The translations under genes and the position numbers were made by a program. Positions 62,214 to 64,000 of a DNA stretch of 64,000 nucleotides are shown piece by piece (within the stretch, counting starts at the first letter, position 1; every line of letters starts with the position of its first letter). Source of the DNA: Octopus sinensis (lineage: Eukaryota); contig NC_042998.1 in the NCBI RefSeq assembly GCF_006345805.1, positions 51,212,001 through 51,276,000 of the forward strand. Reading direction: 5' to 3'. The notes beneath the pieces were generated by a model that worked only from the letters and a program-made list of their open reading frames with translations, was not told where the DNA came from and did no database searches.

Positions 62214-64000
62214 CCTTTCAGCTAAAGACACAAAGCCTGAAATTTAGGGGGAGAGGGGCAGTTCAGGGCCAGTCCCAGGAATTTTTCAACAGGAGGACAC
62301 AAGGTCAGAAGGGAATACAATTCCAGGAGAAAAGAGCATAATAAAATTATTTAGAAGGGTGAACTTCTTTTCTTGAGTGGGTTCATGTGCCCCTCAGACT
62401 CCTCCTTGGGTTTGTTCCTGTAGTTGATTACATCAACCCCAATGTTCAACATGTACTTATTTCATCAACACTGAAAGAGTGAAATGCAAAGTTGACCTCT
62501 GTAGAATTTGAACTCAGAATGTAAATATGGATGAAATACCCCTCAGCATTTTGTTCAGCATTCTAAAAATTATACTAGCAGGATTATCTTAACAGCATTA
62601 TAGGTCTCCAGTTAAATCAATGCATCAGTATTTATTTATTGACTGTAATCCACAATATATACTAGTGCAAATAAATGCACTAGATCCTATGGTATTTATT
62701 TATTGACAGCAAACCACAGTATACATAGATCAGAATTAGGCTCTTAGACCTGTGAGGTCGCCAGATAACTGCCCAGTGAACCCACGCCTTAAGCCAGCAC
62801 TCTTTTACTCCTTTACTCTTTTACTTGTTTCAGTCATGTGACTGCAGCCATGCTGGAGCACCGCCTTTAGTCGAACAAATCAACCCCAAGACTTATTCTT
62901 TGTAAGCATAGTACTTATTCTATCAGTCTCTTTTGCTGAACCGCTAAATTACAGGGATGTAAACACACCAGCATTGGTTGTCAAGCGATGTTGGGAGGAC
63001 AAACACAGACATACAAACACACACACCCATATATATACATATATATGACAGGCTTCTTTCAGTTTCCATCTACCAAATCCACTCACAAGGATTTGGTCAG
63101 CCCGAGGCTATAGTAGAAGACACTTGCCCAAGGTGCCACGCAGTGGGACTGAACCTGGAACCATGTGGTTGGTAAGCAAGCTACTTACTACACAGCCACT
63201 GCTGCCATAATTGTTCCAACTTTGTCTCTTATCATCAGAAACTTTGTGAGTCAGTGACTGGCCTGTTGGAAGCCTGTCACTAATGCCTCTATTGTTCACA
63301 AAATGTGACATAAGTACAAAAAGAAAAGAAATGAGAAAGAATTTATGGGTTGGCTTAAAGTTACCAAGTAAAAAAAATAGCATGCTATCAAAGGATTGCC
63401 ATATCATCTATAATTTTTACCTCCTGCTGCTTAGACAACCAATTGAATTAGATCTAGTTACTGAAGTAACAAATTGAACAAATCTACAAGAGAGCCTCTA
63501 AATGATCACTCAGCCTGCTAGAAATAACAATAAAATATTCTTCAAATTACATCCTATTACCTTTAAAAGAGAATACATTAGATAATGTAGTTTGTGATAT
63601 GCAAAAAGACTGGATGGTCAAAATCTTTGATGATGAATTTGTTTTAGTCTAGAGCTGACTTGGGTCCATACAGCAACTAACTATCTACAATATTTATAAC
63701 AATACTATATTTCAACAAAACCATAACTATAATTACAAGCATGGTTCTGTAAATGATTTCTAACAAAGGTACATGGCTATACATCATCATCATCATCGTT
63801 TAACATCCGTTTTCCGTGCTAGCACAGGTTGGACGGTTTGACCGGGATCTGGGAAGGTAGGAGGCTGCACCATGCTCCAGTCTGATCTGGCAGTGTTTCT
63901 ACAGCTGGATGCCCTTCCTAATGCCAACCACTCCATGAGTGCAGTTGGTGCTTTTTACGTGCCACCTGCACAGGTATCACTACTACAATTTCCATTTGAT

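Overview
AT-rich, repeat-saturated eukaryotic DNA. The tRNA-derived SINE set, (TA)n/(CA)n density and RTE/Penelope content fit an octopus (cephalopod) genome; this is an inference from repeat recognition, not a database hit. I could not identify any host exon with confidence, so the window is probably intronic and/or intergenic. Most ORF-track entries are microsatellite artefacts. The recognisable coding remnants are all transposon-derived: four Penelope-like elements (PLEs; RT and/or GIY-YIG), several RTE-clade LINEs (one with a PHD finger inside the RT), mariner and hAT transposase fragments, a Helitron-like element and several fold-back MITEs. The most striking theme is a set of type-I hammerhead ribozyme (HHR) motifs in PLE-type termini. 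It includes an apparently intact HHR with a ~75-nt AU-rich stem II (9728-9838), a ~560-bp fold-back with one HHR on each strand (24014-24571), a perfect 55-bp-arm palindrome centred just upstream of an HHR core (36301-36418), and several minimal or decayed HHRs. HHRs in PLE termini are a known association; the unusual parts here are the local variety and the bidirectional and fold-back arrangements. SINE-A/B/C/V, RTE-P and family E are my working labels. Repeat boundaries are approximate (about +/-10-30 bp) unless motif coordinates are given.
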